From Myxococcales bacterium (GTDB lineage: Bacteria; Myxococcota_A; Polyangia; Polyangiales; DASUME01), in the NCBI GenBank assembly GCA_047601445.1, contig JASGJH010000001.1, positions 1,088,001 to 1,152,000 on the forward strand: 64,000 bases of DNA, in the 5' to 3' direction. Both the position numbers and the translations under genes were made by a program. The notes beneath the pieces were generated by a model that ran no database searches, had not been told where the DNA came from, and worked only from the letters and a program-made list of their open reading frames with translations. Shown in pieces: positions 10,399-20,000 of this stretch (its first letter is position 1; the number at the start of each line of letters is the position of its first letter).

Positions 10399-12087
10399 TC
10401 AGCCCGGCCGGAAGTTCTGCGCGCGCTTCATGGCGAAGAACTCCCTTCGCGAGGTGAGTTTGGGCTCCACGAAGGCCCAGCGCCGGCCTCCGCGCTCGGC
10501 GTCCAGCAAGCGCTTTGCCTCGGCGAGCTCGCTAGCGTTGACCCCGCAGCGCATGGCCGAGACATCGATGCCATAGGCTTTGGCCGCGTTGAGGCCGAGG
10601 ATCTTGCGCTTGAGTTCCATGGTGAGGGCAGGGTAGCCGTACTGGTCCTGGAACGACTTGGAGATCTGGAACTGCAAGAAGGACTCGATTTGGCTCTGCG
10701 GGGAGCCGTACCAGATGGAGTCGGTCCCCCACACCACGTTGTCCTGTCCGACGTACTTGAGCAGCTTGCCGATCACGTGGGCCGCGGCGTTCATGAAGCC
10801 GAGACCAACGTTGGTGCTGATGACTTGCCAGGTCGTTCCCAGCTCGGCGAACACGTTGCCGTTGGGCTTGATACCGTTCGCGAGCAGCGACGTGATGAGG
10901 CTGTTCGTGCCCACGCGGGAGCCCTCGGTGTAAGGCCCTTCTTCGTAGCGTTGGTTGCCGAAGCCGGAGTGATAGATGATGAACTTGGCCTTCGGGAACA
11001 TCTTCGCGACGCGGCCGATGTCCTCGGGGTCGTTGTACTTGGCCGAGAAACCTGGGATGGGCAGCCCCTTGTGGACGCAGAAGGTGTTCACGCCGAGTTC
11101 GAGTCCCTTGGCGATGAAGCGCGCTCCGGTGGCTTCGTCGTCCAAGAAGTAGCCGCCGTTGGCCACGAGCTCGTTGTTCTCCGGCGCCCAGGCGGGGTAG
11201 CACTTCCAGGCGCCAACCTTGCCGTAGGTGTGGAGAGTGCGCTCCATCGCCGCAAGCTGCAGGTCCACCTTGTCCTTGGTGGGGCCCATTTGGTTGGGCA
11301 GCACCATGTGATGGTTGATCAGACGGTTGGTGCCGTCGGCCAGCATGTTGATGATGTCGCGCGACTCGGCGATCTCGGCGTTGGTGATCGGATTGTTGGG
11401 GTCGTCGACCGCGGGAAGACCTGAGAGCACGGCCACGGTGGTGTCGCTCTCCAGGAACATCAAGCGGATGTATTCGCTGCGGTCGAAGCAATCGACGGCC
11501 GAGGTGAGGCGCGGCCCGCAATACTGCGTGTACTCGTCGAGGCCCGTGAGGAAGGTGTTGTAGAGCGAGTTGGCGCGGTTGACGTGGTGGGTCTGAATGT
11601 CGAAGATGAACTCCTTGCTGGCGTCCAACATGACCTCGCACACGACCTCGGGGTCGGTCGGATCGTCCGGCACCTCGAAGTAGCCACCGTCCGAGCGCAT
11701 GCCCGCGTCTTGCCGCCCGCCATCGCGGCCACCGCTGCCGGGCCCTCCGGGCTCGCCGGAGCCACCTCCGCCGCCGTCCCCGGGGAAACCACCGTCCGGG
11801 CGAGGCTGCCCATCGTCGCTCGCGCAGGCACTCATCATGTTGAGCGCGTACAGGGAGCTGGCCATGCCCATGCTGCTCGCCAGGAACTCGCGCCGGTCGA
11901 GGTCGAGCCGCTTCGCCCCGCGCTCGGCGAGCTCGAAGATGATGCGCTGCGCCATGCGGCTTTGCCTGGTCTCGCCGCGGAAAATCTCGCCGTTGCTGAG
12001 CGCACCGATTTGCAGCGGAACCTTGGCCTGAATCTCCGGCGCCGTACGTTTGCGGTCACGGATCCAGGGCAATCGAAAGCGTTTCAT
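10399..12087 (-). CDS. amidohydrolase-family metalloenzyme with twin-arginine, probably lipoprotein, signal
   Basis: DIQTHH metal motif, CVHKG, IIYHSG, AELG, VWGTDSIWYGSPQ, KILGLNAA; DRREFL...MMSAC. Start uncertain (ATG 12087 chosen). Confidence 0.88.
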   Translation of the reverse strand: MKRFRLPWIRDRKRTAPEIQAKVPLQIGALSNGEIFRGETRQSRMAQRIIFELAERGAKRLDLDRREFLASSMGMASSLYALNMMSACASDDGQPRPDGGFPGDGGGGGSGEPGGPGSGGRDGGRQDAGMRSDGGYFEVPDDPTDPEVVCEVMLDASKEFIFDIQTHHVNRANSLYNTFLTGLDEYTQYCGPRLTSAVDCFDRSEYIRLMFLESDTTVAVLSGLPAVDDPNNPITNAEIAESRDIINMLADGTNRLINHHMVLPNQMGPTKDKVDLQLAAMERTLHTYGKVGAWKCYPAWAPENNELVANGGYFLDDEATGARFIAKGLELGVNTFCVHKGLPIPGFSAKYNDPEDIGRVAKMFPKAKFIIYHSGFGNQRYEEGPYTEGSRVGTNSLITSLLANGIKPNGNVFAELGTTWQVISTNVGLGFMNAAAHVIGKLLKYVGQDNVVWGTDSIWYGSPQSQIESFLQFQISKSFQDQYGYPALTMELKRKILGLNAAKAYGIDVSAMRCGVNASELAEAKRLLDAERGGRRWAFVEPKLTSRREFFAMKRAQNFRPG

Positions 12088-12319
12088 CCATCCCCCAAAA
12101 GCTAAGCGTCGCTCCACGTTCGCTACGCGATGGCTCGGGGTGAAGTAAAGACCTTTCGAGCTCTCAGGATGATCCGTGCAATGCCTCTGAAATGATCGCT
12201 TCGGACTAGACGCACTGGTCAGAAGTTTGGGTTCCGCAAGTGTGGCTTGCGAAAAGCCGTCGGACCGATCTACGAGTGCCGCGCCGTACTCCCCGTCGTA
12301 CTCGAAAGGTACTAGTCGC

Positions 12320-13999
12320 ATGAGATATTCCTTCTCGGCCCTATTGCTGGTGGCCGCGGCCTGCGCGCCAGCCGCGGATGCCCCCTCCGAACGTCCCCAA
12401 GAAGCCAGCGCTCCGCTGAGCCTGCCTTCGGGCCTCGACCTGCTCGCATCGAGCTGGGACATGGCCGGGCACGACGCCTTTGGTCATCACAACAACTCCG
12501 TGGAATTCCGCGTGCACTCACGCAACGTGGACTCGCTCGCCATCGAGTGGGTGTTCAACGGAGAGGACTTCGGCAAGCAGCTCGGCGCCATCCACGCCAC
12601 GCCGGTGGTCACCGACACGGCGATCTACGTTGGCACCAACAGCGGCCGCTTCTTGGCGGTGAATCTGGATGGCACCCTGCGTTGGGATTACGTGACGCGC
12701 GCTCCCAACCCTCTGCTGGCGTTGATCGCCAAGCCGGCGCCCGTGGGCGGGCAGATTCCCGACTTCGTGGGTACCCCCGTGGTGGGCGGCGCCGTCTACT
12801 CCGCCGAGCACAACATCGTGGTGTTCGGAGACCTCGACGGCAACATCTACGGCCTCGACGCGGACACCGGCGAGGAGCTTTGGGTCAAGGACCAGGTGGA
12901 CGCGCACTTGCTCGGCGGCGTCGTCGGCAATTCCTTGGTACGCGCGGGCGATCGCGTGGTGGTGGGCTTCGCCGCGATCGAGGACGCTGGCCTCGTGCTG
13001 CCCACGATGGGCATTCCCTACAAGTGCTGCAGCCACACGGGCTTCGTGGCCTCCTTCGACATCGCCACGGGCAACCAGGCCTGGCGCTTCGATACGGTTG
13101 CGCCCGCAGCCGTCGCGGCGCTGCCTGAGGCCTTCGCGCCCTTCAAGCTGGGGCCTTCGGGCGCCGACATCTGGGCGCAGCCCGCCTTTGATCCCCTGAC
13201 GCAGACCATCTACGTCGGCACGGGTCAGAACTATTCGCCCACCGCACAGGGCACCGGCACGTCCCTGAGTGACTCGCTGATCGCGCTCGACGCGCGCAAC
13301 GGCAAGCTCAAGTGGAGCCGGCAGATTACCGCCAACGACATCTGGGTGGCAGGACTCCCGAGCCCGGATGCGAACGGTCGCTGGACGGATCAGGACTTCG
13401 GCGATGCTCCCAAGATCTACTGGCTGCCCAACGGGCGCAAGGTCATCGGCGCGGGTCAAAAGAGCGGCGCCTATACGGTGCTGGATGCGCGCACGGGCGA
13501 GCTCGTGGCGACGACGCCGCACGTGCAGCAGGCCAATCAGCTCGGAGGTCTGCAGAACGGCAGCGCCTACGGGCGCGGCAATGTGTTCGTGCATGGCTTG
13601 AACGGCTTCGATCCCACGTCCTCCACAGGCCCCTTCGAGGGGCGCGTGATGGCGCTGTCGCCTGACGGCGCCCAGGAACGCTGGAGCTTCGCGCGGCCCT
13701 TCGGCGTGTTCGTGGCCCCGCTGGCGCTGGCTCGCGACGTGCTGTACTTCGTGTCGCCGGTGGAAGAGGCCCAGCCGGGCGTCGATCCCTTCCAGTTTGC
13801 CATTTACGCGCTGAACGCCGACACGGGCAGCGTGTTGACTCGCAAGGCCTTGCCAGGTCGCGCCGTCTCGGGGCCGGTGGTGTCCAAGGGGCACGTCTAC
13901 GTGGTCACTGGGAATCGCGCGATCGACGCACTCGGTAGCGACGACGAGGGCAGCATCATCGCGCTCGGTCCCACGCGCACCGCGGCTCCTGCGCCCTGA
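12320..13999 (+). CDS. PQQ-binding beta-propeller lipoprotein (polyvinyl-alcohol-dehydrogenase-like)
   Basis: Lipobox VAAAC, repeated Trp-docking motifs (GLDADTGEELW, ALDARNGKLKW), vicinal CC (YKCCSHTG), IYVGTGQNYS, DQDFG, GAGQKSG. Confidence 0.88.
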   Translation: MRYSFSALLLVAAACAPAADAPSERPQEASAPLSLPSGLDLLASSWDMAGHDAFGHHNNSVEFRVHSRNVDSLAIEWVFNGEDFGKQLGAIHATPVVTDTAIYVGTNSGRFLAVNLDGTLRWDYVTRAPNPLLALIAKPAPVGGQIPDFVGTPVVGGAVYSAEHNIVVFGDLDGNIYGLDADTGEELWVKDQVDAHLLGGVVGNSLVRAGDRVVVGFAAIEDAGLVLPTMGIPYKCCSHTGFVASFDIATGNQAWRFDTVAPAAVAALPEAFAPFKLGPSGADIWAQPAFDPLTQTIYVGTGQNYSPTAQGTGTSLSDSLIALDARNGKLKWSRQITANDIWVAGLPSPDANGRWTDQDFGDAPKIYWLPNGRKVIGAGQKSGAYTVLDARTGELVATTPHVQQANQLGGLQNGSAYGRGNVFVHGLNGFDPTSSTGPFEGRVMALSPDGAQERWSFARPFGVFVAPLALARDVLYFVSPVEEAQPGVDPFQFAIYALNADTGSVLTRKALPGRAVSGPVVSKGHVYVVTGNRAIDALGSDDEGSIIALGPTRTAAPAP

Positions 14000-14096
14000 G
14001 TCTGGGCATATCGTGATGGCGCGCGCAGTCGGCGAGCCTTCGTAGCAGCGGTCGATGAGCGCGCGAGGCCGTGTCCGAGGCATGGTCTTGCGCAAG

Positions 14097-14136
14097 GCTC
14101 GACGCAGTTCGCGCAGCGCTCGACGCAGTTCGCGCA
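14097..14136 (+). repeat. direct repeat, 19-bp GCTCGACGCAGTTCGCGCA x2 with 21-bp period
   Basis: Copies at 14097-14115 and 14118-14136, followed by a partial CTCGAC. Confidence 0.8.
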
Positions 14137-14197
14137 AAGACTCGACTGCCGATTCGCGCTCGCGCTCAGTGCATCCTCGCGCGAGCGCTCGTGCGTG

Positions 14198-14410
14198 TCG
14201 TCGTAGTGAAGGTTTTTGCAGGTTCGGCCTGGAATTGACCATGGACCAAGCGGCCTTCTGACCCGAACCTTCCGGGAGTGATCGCGCCAAAGCCCCGATC
14301 ACCGCACGACGAGGGAGCGCGTCTCACGGGTCGTAAGGTGGACTGGGCTCTGCGCGGGGGCGTCGGACCAGCGGTCTGGGCGTCGTCCTTTGTGCTCGTC
14401 AGGAGGTTCC
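14198..14410 (+). other. candidate structured 5' leader (unassigned cis-regulatory RNA)
   Basis: Nested complementary segments TCGTCGT/ACGACGA, AGGTTCGG/CCGAACCT, GTGATCG/CGATCAC and a GCGTCGGACC/GGTCTGGGCGT hairpin upstream of the AGGAGG RBS. No known family recognised. Confidence 0.35.
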
Positions 14411-14902
14411 ATGTTCGCGTTACAAGAACCCGTCATAGACATCGCCGACCCCTCGATCGAATCGCTGTTGAGGCGCTTGTACGCGGCCATCTCGTTCGAA
14501 GAAGGCAGCGAGCCCGACTGGAGCGAACTCGAGGCCGTCTTCTCTCGACACGCCAGGATCACGCGGATCACGCCCGAGGGCACCGACTACCTGGACCCGT
14601 CGAGCTTCATCTCATTCACCAGGAACATGCACGAATTCGGCGCCTACACGAGCTTCTACGAGGTCGAAATCGCGCGCCGCACCGAGCGCTTTGGTCACAT
14701 GGCGCAAGTCTGGAGCATGTACGAGACGCGTAGTCATCGCACGGCCGCCGGCGCCCTGAACCGCGGCCTGAACTCGATCCAGCTGATCCGCGAGCGCGAC
14801 GGCTGGCAAGTGCTCGGGCTGTTGTGGGACGAAACCCACGCGCATCCGCAGCTCGACCGGAGCTCACTATTCTCGGAAGGGGGAGAGCATGGCCAAGGCT
14901 AA
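14411..14902 (+). CDS. NTF2/SnoaL-like fold protein
   Basis: Strong RBS AGGAGG; motifs LYAAISF, FYEVEI, FGHMAQVWSMYE, RGLNSIQL, W..LLWD. Confidence 0.8.
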   Translation: MFALQEPVIDIADPSIESLLRRLYAAISFEEGSEPDWSELEAVFSRHARITRITPEGTDYLDPSSFISFTRNMHEFGAYTSFYEVEIARRTERFGHMAQVWSMYETRSHRTAAGALNRGLNSIQLIRERDGWQVLGLLWDETHAHPQLDRSSLFSEGGEHGQG

Positions 14903-16136
14903 GTCATTCTATTCGCGCGGGCGCAAGGTGCAGACGGTGGACCGCATCGTCAGCGAGCTGCAACGCGAGGGCATCCTGAAGCAGCGCGCCGCGTCGTGCA
15001 TGTTGGACGAGTGGGTCGTGGAGGGGCGCAGCATGCGCAACTTCGGTTCCTGCAGCTACATGGGCCTCGAGCGGCACCCGATGCTGATCGACGGCGCCAT
15101 GGAGGCGCTGCTGGAGTTCGGTGCCAACTTCTCCATCTCGCGCATCTACCTCGAGTGCCCGCTGTACGCCTCGCTCGAAGAGAGGCTCGAACAGGCCGTG
15201 GGCAGGCCCGTGCTCGTCACGCCGTCCACCACCATGGCCCACCTGGCTGCATTGCCGGTGTTGATCGGCGACGACGACCTGGTGATCGTGGACCAGTTCG
15301 CCCACGCGAGCATCCACATGACCACGGACTTGGTGGCCGACGTGCCCGTGGAGCTAGTCCGGCACAGCCGCATGGATCTGCTCGAGCAGCGCCTGGCCGA
15401 GGCTGGAGATCGCTTCGAGCGCATCTGGTACCTGTGCGACGGGCTCTACTCGATGCTGGGTGACTTCGCTCCCTTCGCGGCCTTGCGCGAGCTCCTGCAG
15501 CGCTACCCGCGCTTGCATCTGTACGTGGACGATGCCCACGCCATGAGCTGGATTGGGAGGCACGGTCGGGGCGCCGCTCTGTCGGAGCTCGACGGGGATC
15601 GCGTGGTGGTCGCAATGTCGCTTTCCAAGGCCTTCGGCGCCGGGGGAGGGCTGCTCGCGCTGCCCACCGTGGCGATACGGGAGCGCATCCGCAACACCGG
15701 GGGCACGTTGGTGTTCTCCGGCCCGCTATCGCCCGCGGTGCTGGGGGCGTGTGTTGGCTCGGCCAGGCTCCATCTGCTCCCCGAGTTCGACGCGATGCAG
15801 CGTGCGCTAACGGAGCGCATCGCCTGCACGCGCAACGCGCTCGACCGCCACCAGCTCAAGACCGCGACCGCAGACGACACGCCCATCTTCATGGTGCACT
15901 ACGACTCGGCCCCACGCGCTGCAGCCGTGGTGCGCGGGCTACGTGAGCGCGGCTTCTACACCTGTGTGAGCGCCTTCCCGGCGGTGCCCATGAACAAGCC
16001 GAGCATTCGCTTCACCGTGAATCGCCATAACTCGTTCGAGGACATCGAGCGGCTCGTGCAGCAGCTTTCCGGCCTCAGCCGCGACGTGGGAGGCGTGAGG
16101 TCGAGCGAGCTTCAGGCGGAGTCGAGCGGCGCATAG
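14889..16136 (+). CDS. PLP-dependent alpha-oxoamine synthase family protein (BioF/KBL/SPT/CqsA superfamily), substrate unknown
   Basis: FGSCSYMGL, DQFAHASI, DGLYSMLGD, DDAHA, PLP lysine in SLSKAFG, FSGPL, FPAVP, IRFTV. Overlaps the upstream gene by 14 bp. Confidence 0.9.
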   Translation: MAKAKSFYSRGRKVQTVDRIVSELQREGILKQRAASCMLDEWVVEGRSMRNFGSCSYMGLERHPMLIDGAMEALLEFGANFSISRIYLECPLYASLEERLEQAVGRPVLVTPSTTMAHLAALPVLIGDDDLVIVDQFAHASIHMTTDLVADVPVELVRHSRMDLLEQRLAEAGDRFERIWYLCDGLYSMLGDFAPFAALRELLQRYPRLHLYVDDAHAMSWIGRHGRGAALSELDGDRVVVAMSLSKAFGAGGGLLALPTVAIRERIRNTGGTLVFSGPLSPAVLGACVGSARLHLLPEFDAMQRALTERIACTRNALDRHQLKTATADDTPIFMVHYDSAPRAAAVVRGLRERGFYTCVSAFPAVPMNKPSIRFTVNRHNSFEDIERLVQQLSGLSRDVGGVRSSELQAESSGA

Positions 16137-16192
16137 GAGAGCCGACGCAGGAGGCTGTCGGAGGGCTCGTCAAAGCGGGTGCCCCGGGCGGC

Positions 16193-16714
16193 TCACCGAG
16201 CGAGCTCGAGCTTGAGGATGCGCGGGGGGTCGTCGGTGCCATCGGCGAACGCATAGGTGGCCCGCACCTGCAAGCCGTCGTGAAGCTCGATGTGCTCGGC
16301 GCCGCCGTTGTGGAAGCCGGCTTGTCCCACCTCCCAGTAGTACCCGAACCAGACACGTGGCCCGACGAAGAAGCGCTCGTAGGTGTGGTACTCGCGGCGG
16401 TCCGTACGCGCGGTCCGTATGCGCTCGGTGCCGTGGCTCAAGACGGGCCCTTCCACCACGCTCACTTGTCCGGATTCCATCAAGGAGCACAGCCGAGCGT
16501 GGTCCCAGCTCATCAATCCCACGCCGATTAGCGCGACCGCGCTTGCGAATCCCATGAGCACGAAGCCCGTGGTCCTGGGCTTGCGTTGCCGCGCGCGCAC
16601 CAGCATCCAGACCAGTCCGAGCGCGAACAGACCCGCGGCGAGATAGGCCACCTCGGGCTCGAAGGGTGCTTGTTGGGTGACGTCGTAGACCACGCGGAAT
16701 TGGTTCTCCGCCAT
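16193..16714 (-). CDS. hypothetical membrane protein (2 TM plus beta-rich C-terminal domain)
   Basis: ATG 16714 with GGAGG upstream; two hydrophobic helices, then VVEGPV...ERFFVG...GFHN. Confidence 0.7.
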   Translation of the reverse strand: MAENQFRVVYDVTQQAPFEPEVAYLAAGLFALGLVWMLVRARQRKPRTTGFVLMGFASAVALIGVGLMSWDHARLCSLMESGQVSVVEGPVLSHGTERIRTARTDRREYHTYERFFVGPRVWFGYYWEVGQAGFHNGGAEHIELHDGLQVRATYAFADGTDDPPRILKLELAR

Positions 16715-17022
16715 ACGCCTGCTGCCTCCGGGTGCGGGGTTATTCGCGGGCTCGGCCAGGAGTTCAAGCACGTCAGCACCGCCGGCCTCAGCGGTGGGCG
16801 TTGGGCGGAAGGGCCGCACCTTGGCCGTGCTTTTCTCTACGCGGCCACACGGCACCTACCCGTACTTTGCACGACCCCACGTGGGTCTCGAAACGACGCC
16901 AATTCCCGCAGGAATACGCCAGAAAAACGCGTCTGCACACACCGCCCTCCTTACGGAGATCAGGTCGCGTCACGTACCGTATTAACAAAACTTTACGCTG
17001 TCGCAGGACAGCAAGGCGCTGT

Positions 17023-20000
17023 ATGTCCGGGTCGTATTCGCGGTCTCTGTCGCTCCAGTTCTCCTCCTCCATCCGCTTCCTGGTTGCCTCATTGACGCTC
17101 GTCTCGAGCGCATGCGGCGGGGGCGCCGACGGCGGAGTCATCAAGCACCAAGGGAAGCCCGACGGCGGCGTCGAGCTGCAACCCGATGGATCCATAAGCG
17201 ATGATCAGCCGGATGCGTCGCTCGGCAACTGCAAGACCCAGTGCGATGCGGACGACTGCGGCGAGTTCGTGGCGGACTACTGCGGCGGCCACCTGGTCTG
17301 CAATACGCAATGCCCCGAGGGACAGGTTTGCGGCCTCAAGCGCGCCGACAAATGCGACCCGGTGATGGCGCACTGCGAACCCATGGCTGCCTCCGCCGTT
17401 TGCGCCGGCAAGTGCGGCGTCGTCAGCGACGGCTGCAGCGGGGTCATCGTGTGCGGGAGCGAGAACGGCGGCGTGACGTGCGCCGACGGGCAACGCTGCG
17501 ACGAAAAGATGGACAGTGCGACCCACAATGCCTGCGTCGCCTCCTCCTCGCTCTGCCAGCCCCAGACCTGTGCGAGTCAGGGGATCGTGTGCGGCGTAGC
17601 CGGTGACGGCTGCGGCAACATCCTCGACTGCACTGCGGAAGTCGGCGGCTGCACGGACGGCAAGATCTGCGGCACGGGCGCCAACAGCGGCAAATGCGTA
17701 GAGCCGACCCATTGCGTCGCCGCGTCGCCTGCGGTGAAGTGCGCGCTCTCCTGCGGTGTCGTCGGCGACGATTGCGGCGGCACCATCGACTGCGAAGCCA
17801 GCCCGGATACAGCTTGTCCGAGCGGCACAACCTGTGGCGGCGGCGGTGAGGCCAACAAGTGCGGCAAGGGAGCGGTGTGTCCCAAGCTCGACGAGGCCAC
17901 GGCGTGCGCCGGTAAGTGTGGCTTTGCCGAGGACGGCTGCGGCGGCGCCTACGCGTGCACCCTGGCCAACGGCGGTGCCGTCTGCGATCCGAATGCGGGC
18001 GAGACCTGCGTCCAGGGCGTCTGCACGGCTCCTCCCTGTGACCCCAAGACGGCGCTCGAGCTGTGTCCCGGCGACAACGCGGGACACAAGAGCTGCGGTG
18101 TGCAGCCCGACGGTTGCAACAGCCAGGTCAACTGCGGTGGCTGCGCCGCGGACGAGACCTGCGGTCTCGCGGGCCCCAGCCTGTGCGGGCCGAACCCGAC
18201 CTGTCAGGCCACGCCGGCCAAGACCGCGTGCAAGGGCAAGTGTGGCACGGTGGCCGACGGCTGCGGCGGCACCTACGACTGCGATAGCTCCAACGACGGC
18301 GTGGTGTGCCAAGGCAACGAGTTCTGCGGCGCGTTGTCGCCGAACGAGTGCGGCGTCCCAGCCAGCACCTGCACCGCCAAGAGTTGCGGGGACCTCCAAC
18401 ACAGCTGCGGCTTGGCCTCCGACGGCTGCGGACATGTGATCAACTGCTGGTCGTCGTGTGATCCCGCCGACAAGAACTGCGCCGGTAGCTGCGGCGACAA
18501 CGCAGCCTGCCTGGGCGATGAAAACAATGGCGGCGCTCAGCGCTGCGTGGCGGGTGCCCCCACCTGCACCGGCTCGTTGTGCTCGGCTTTGCCCAACAAC
18601 TGCAGCGCGAGCGCGCCCACGCGCCTCACCGGCACCGTGCGCACGCCGGGTCGCCAAGTGGCGGGCACCTGGACCAACCAGCTGCCCGTGCCCAATGCCA
18701 TCGTCTACATCCCCGCTGAGCCCAACACGGCGCTGCCCGGCGTGTTCGAAGGCGTGGACCCCGACAACGAACTCTCGTGCGGCCGCTGTGCGGACGAGAA
18801 GTTGGTGGCCGACGGCGAGTCCGTGCTGGCCGCGGCCGTGAGCGACTACCGCGGCGAGTTCACGCTCGAGGGACGCATCCCCGTGGGCAAGGCGTTCAAG
18901 CTCGTCGTCAAGGTGGGCAAGTGGCGTCGCGTGGTGGAGGTGCCTGCCGGCGTGGCCCAGGCCTGCACCAGTCAGCCGCTGGGTTTCGACTACACGAGGC
19001 TTGCCGCCCACAGCACGGACGGCTCGAGCGGCACGCACCTGCCCAAGGTCGCCATCTCCACCGGCAAGGTGGACGAGATGGAGTGCGTATTCCGCAACAT
19101 CGGCATCGCCGACGCGGAGTTCACGGTGCCGAGCGGGACCGGGCGCCTCCACATGTACCGCGCCAATGGCGCCAAGATGGCCAATGTCGTGACCACGTGC
19201 ACGGGCAACTACCAGCCGCCAAGCATCGCGTGTACGGACACCAAGGACGGCACGCCGAACTGGGGCTGCGCCAACACTCAATCCGGCTGCAAGGTGAGCA
19301 GCAAGGGCGTGTGCAGCGGCACCTACAAGCCACCCGTGATCGCGTGCTCCGACAGCAACGGTGGCACGGACAACTACGGCTGCGCCAACGCCAAGAGCGG
19401 CTGCAAGTGGAAGACCACGACCACGGACATCTCCGTGGCGGACTCCAACCTGTACGGCAGCCTCGAGACGCTCGAAGACTACGACCTGGTGGTCTGGGAC
19501 TGCGAGGGCGGCGAGACCTTCGAGGCGGCCCCGGCGCCGGCCAACGTGGAGGCCTACGTCGACGCAGGTGGACGCATGTTCGCCAGTCACTTCAGCTACG
19601 TGTGGATCGAGAAGAACGGCACCCTCGACGACTCCGCCGACTGGGGCATGGGCGGCAGCGTGGCCACGGGCACGGGGCTGATCTCCATGCCGAGCGGCAG
19701 CACCGCGCGCGTGGGCGCCAACCCCATCAAGAGTCCGTTGTTCCGCGACTGGCTCGACTGGCAGGGCGCTCTCACCGGCACCACCGCCGGCACGCTCACC
19801 ACGCCGCTCGTTCCCCAGTTCCCTATCACGGATCCGCGCGACCGCGCGGGGGCCAAGGTCGGCCCGTCCACCGATGAATGGGTATACCGCGACGTGCGCT
19901 TCTGCTCCAACAGCAGCGGCCGCCAGTGCACCGAGGACGCCGGCTGCCAGGTGTGCTCGAACAATGCGGGCAAGTTCTGCACGGCCGACACGGACTGTGA

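Noticed and set aside
14097..14146. Direct repeats considered as a mini-CRISPR (also 1101-1134)
   Set aside because: Only two copies, no spacers, no cas genes.
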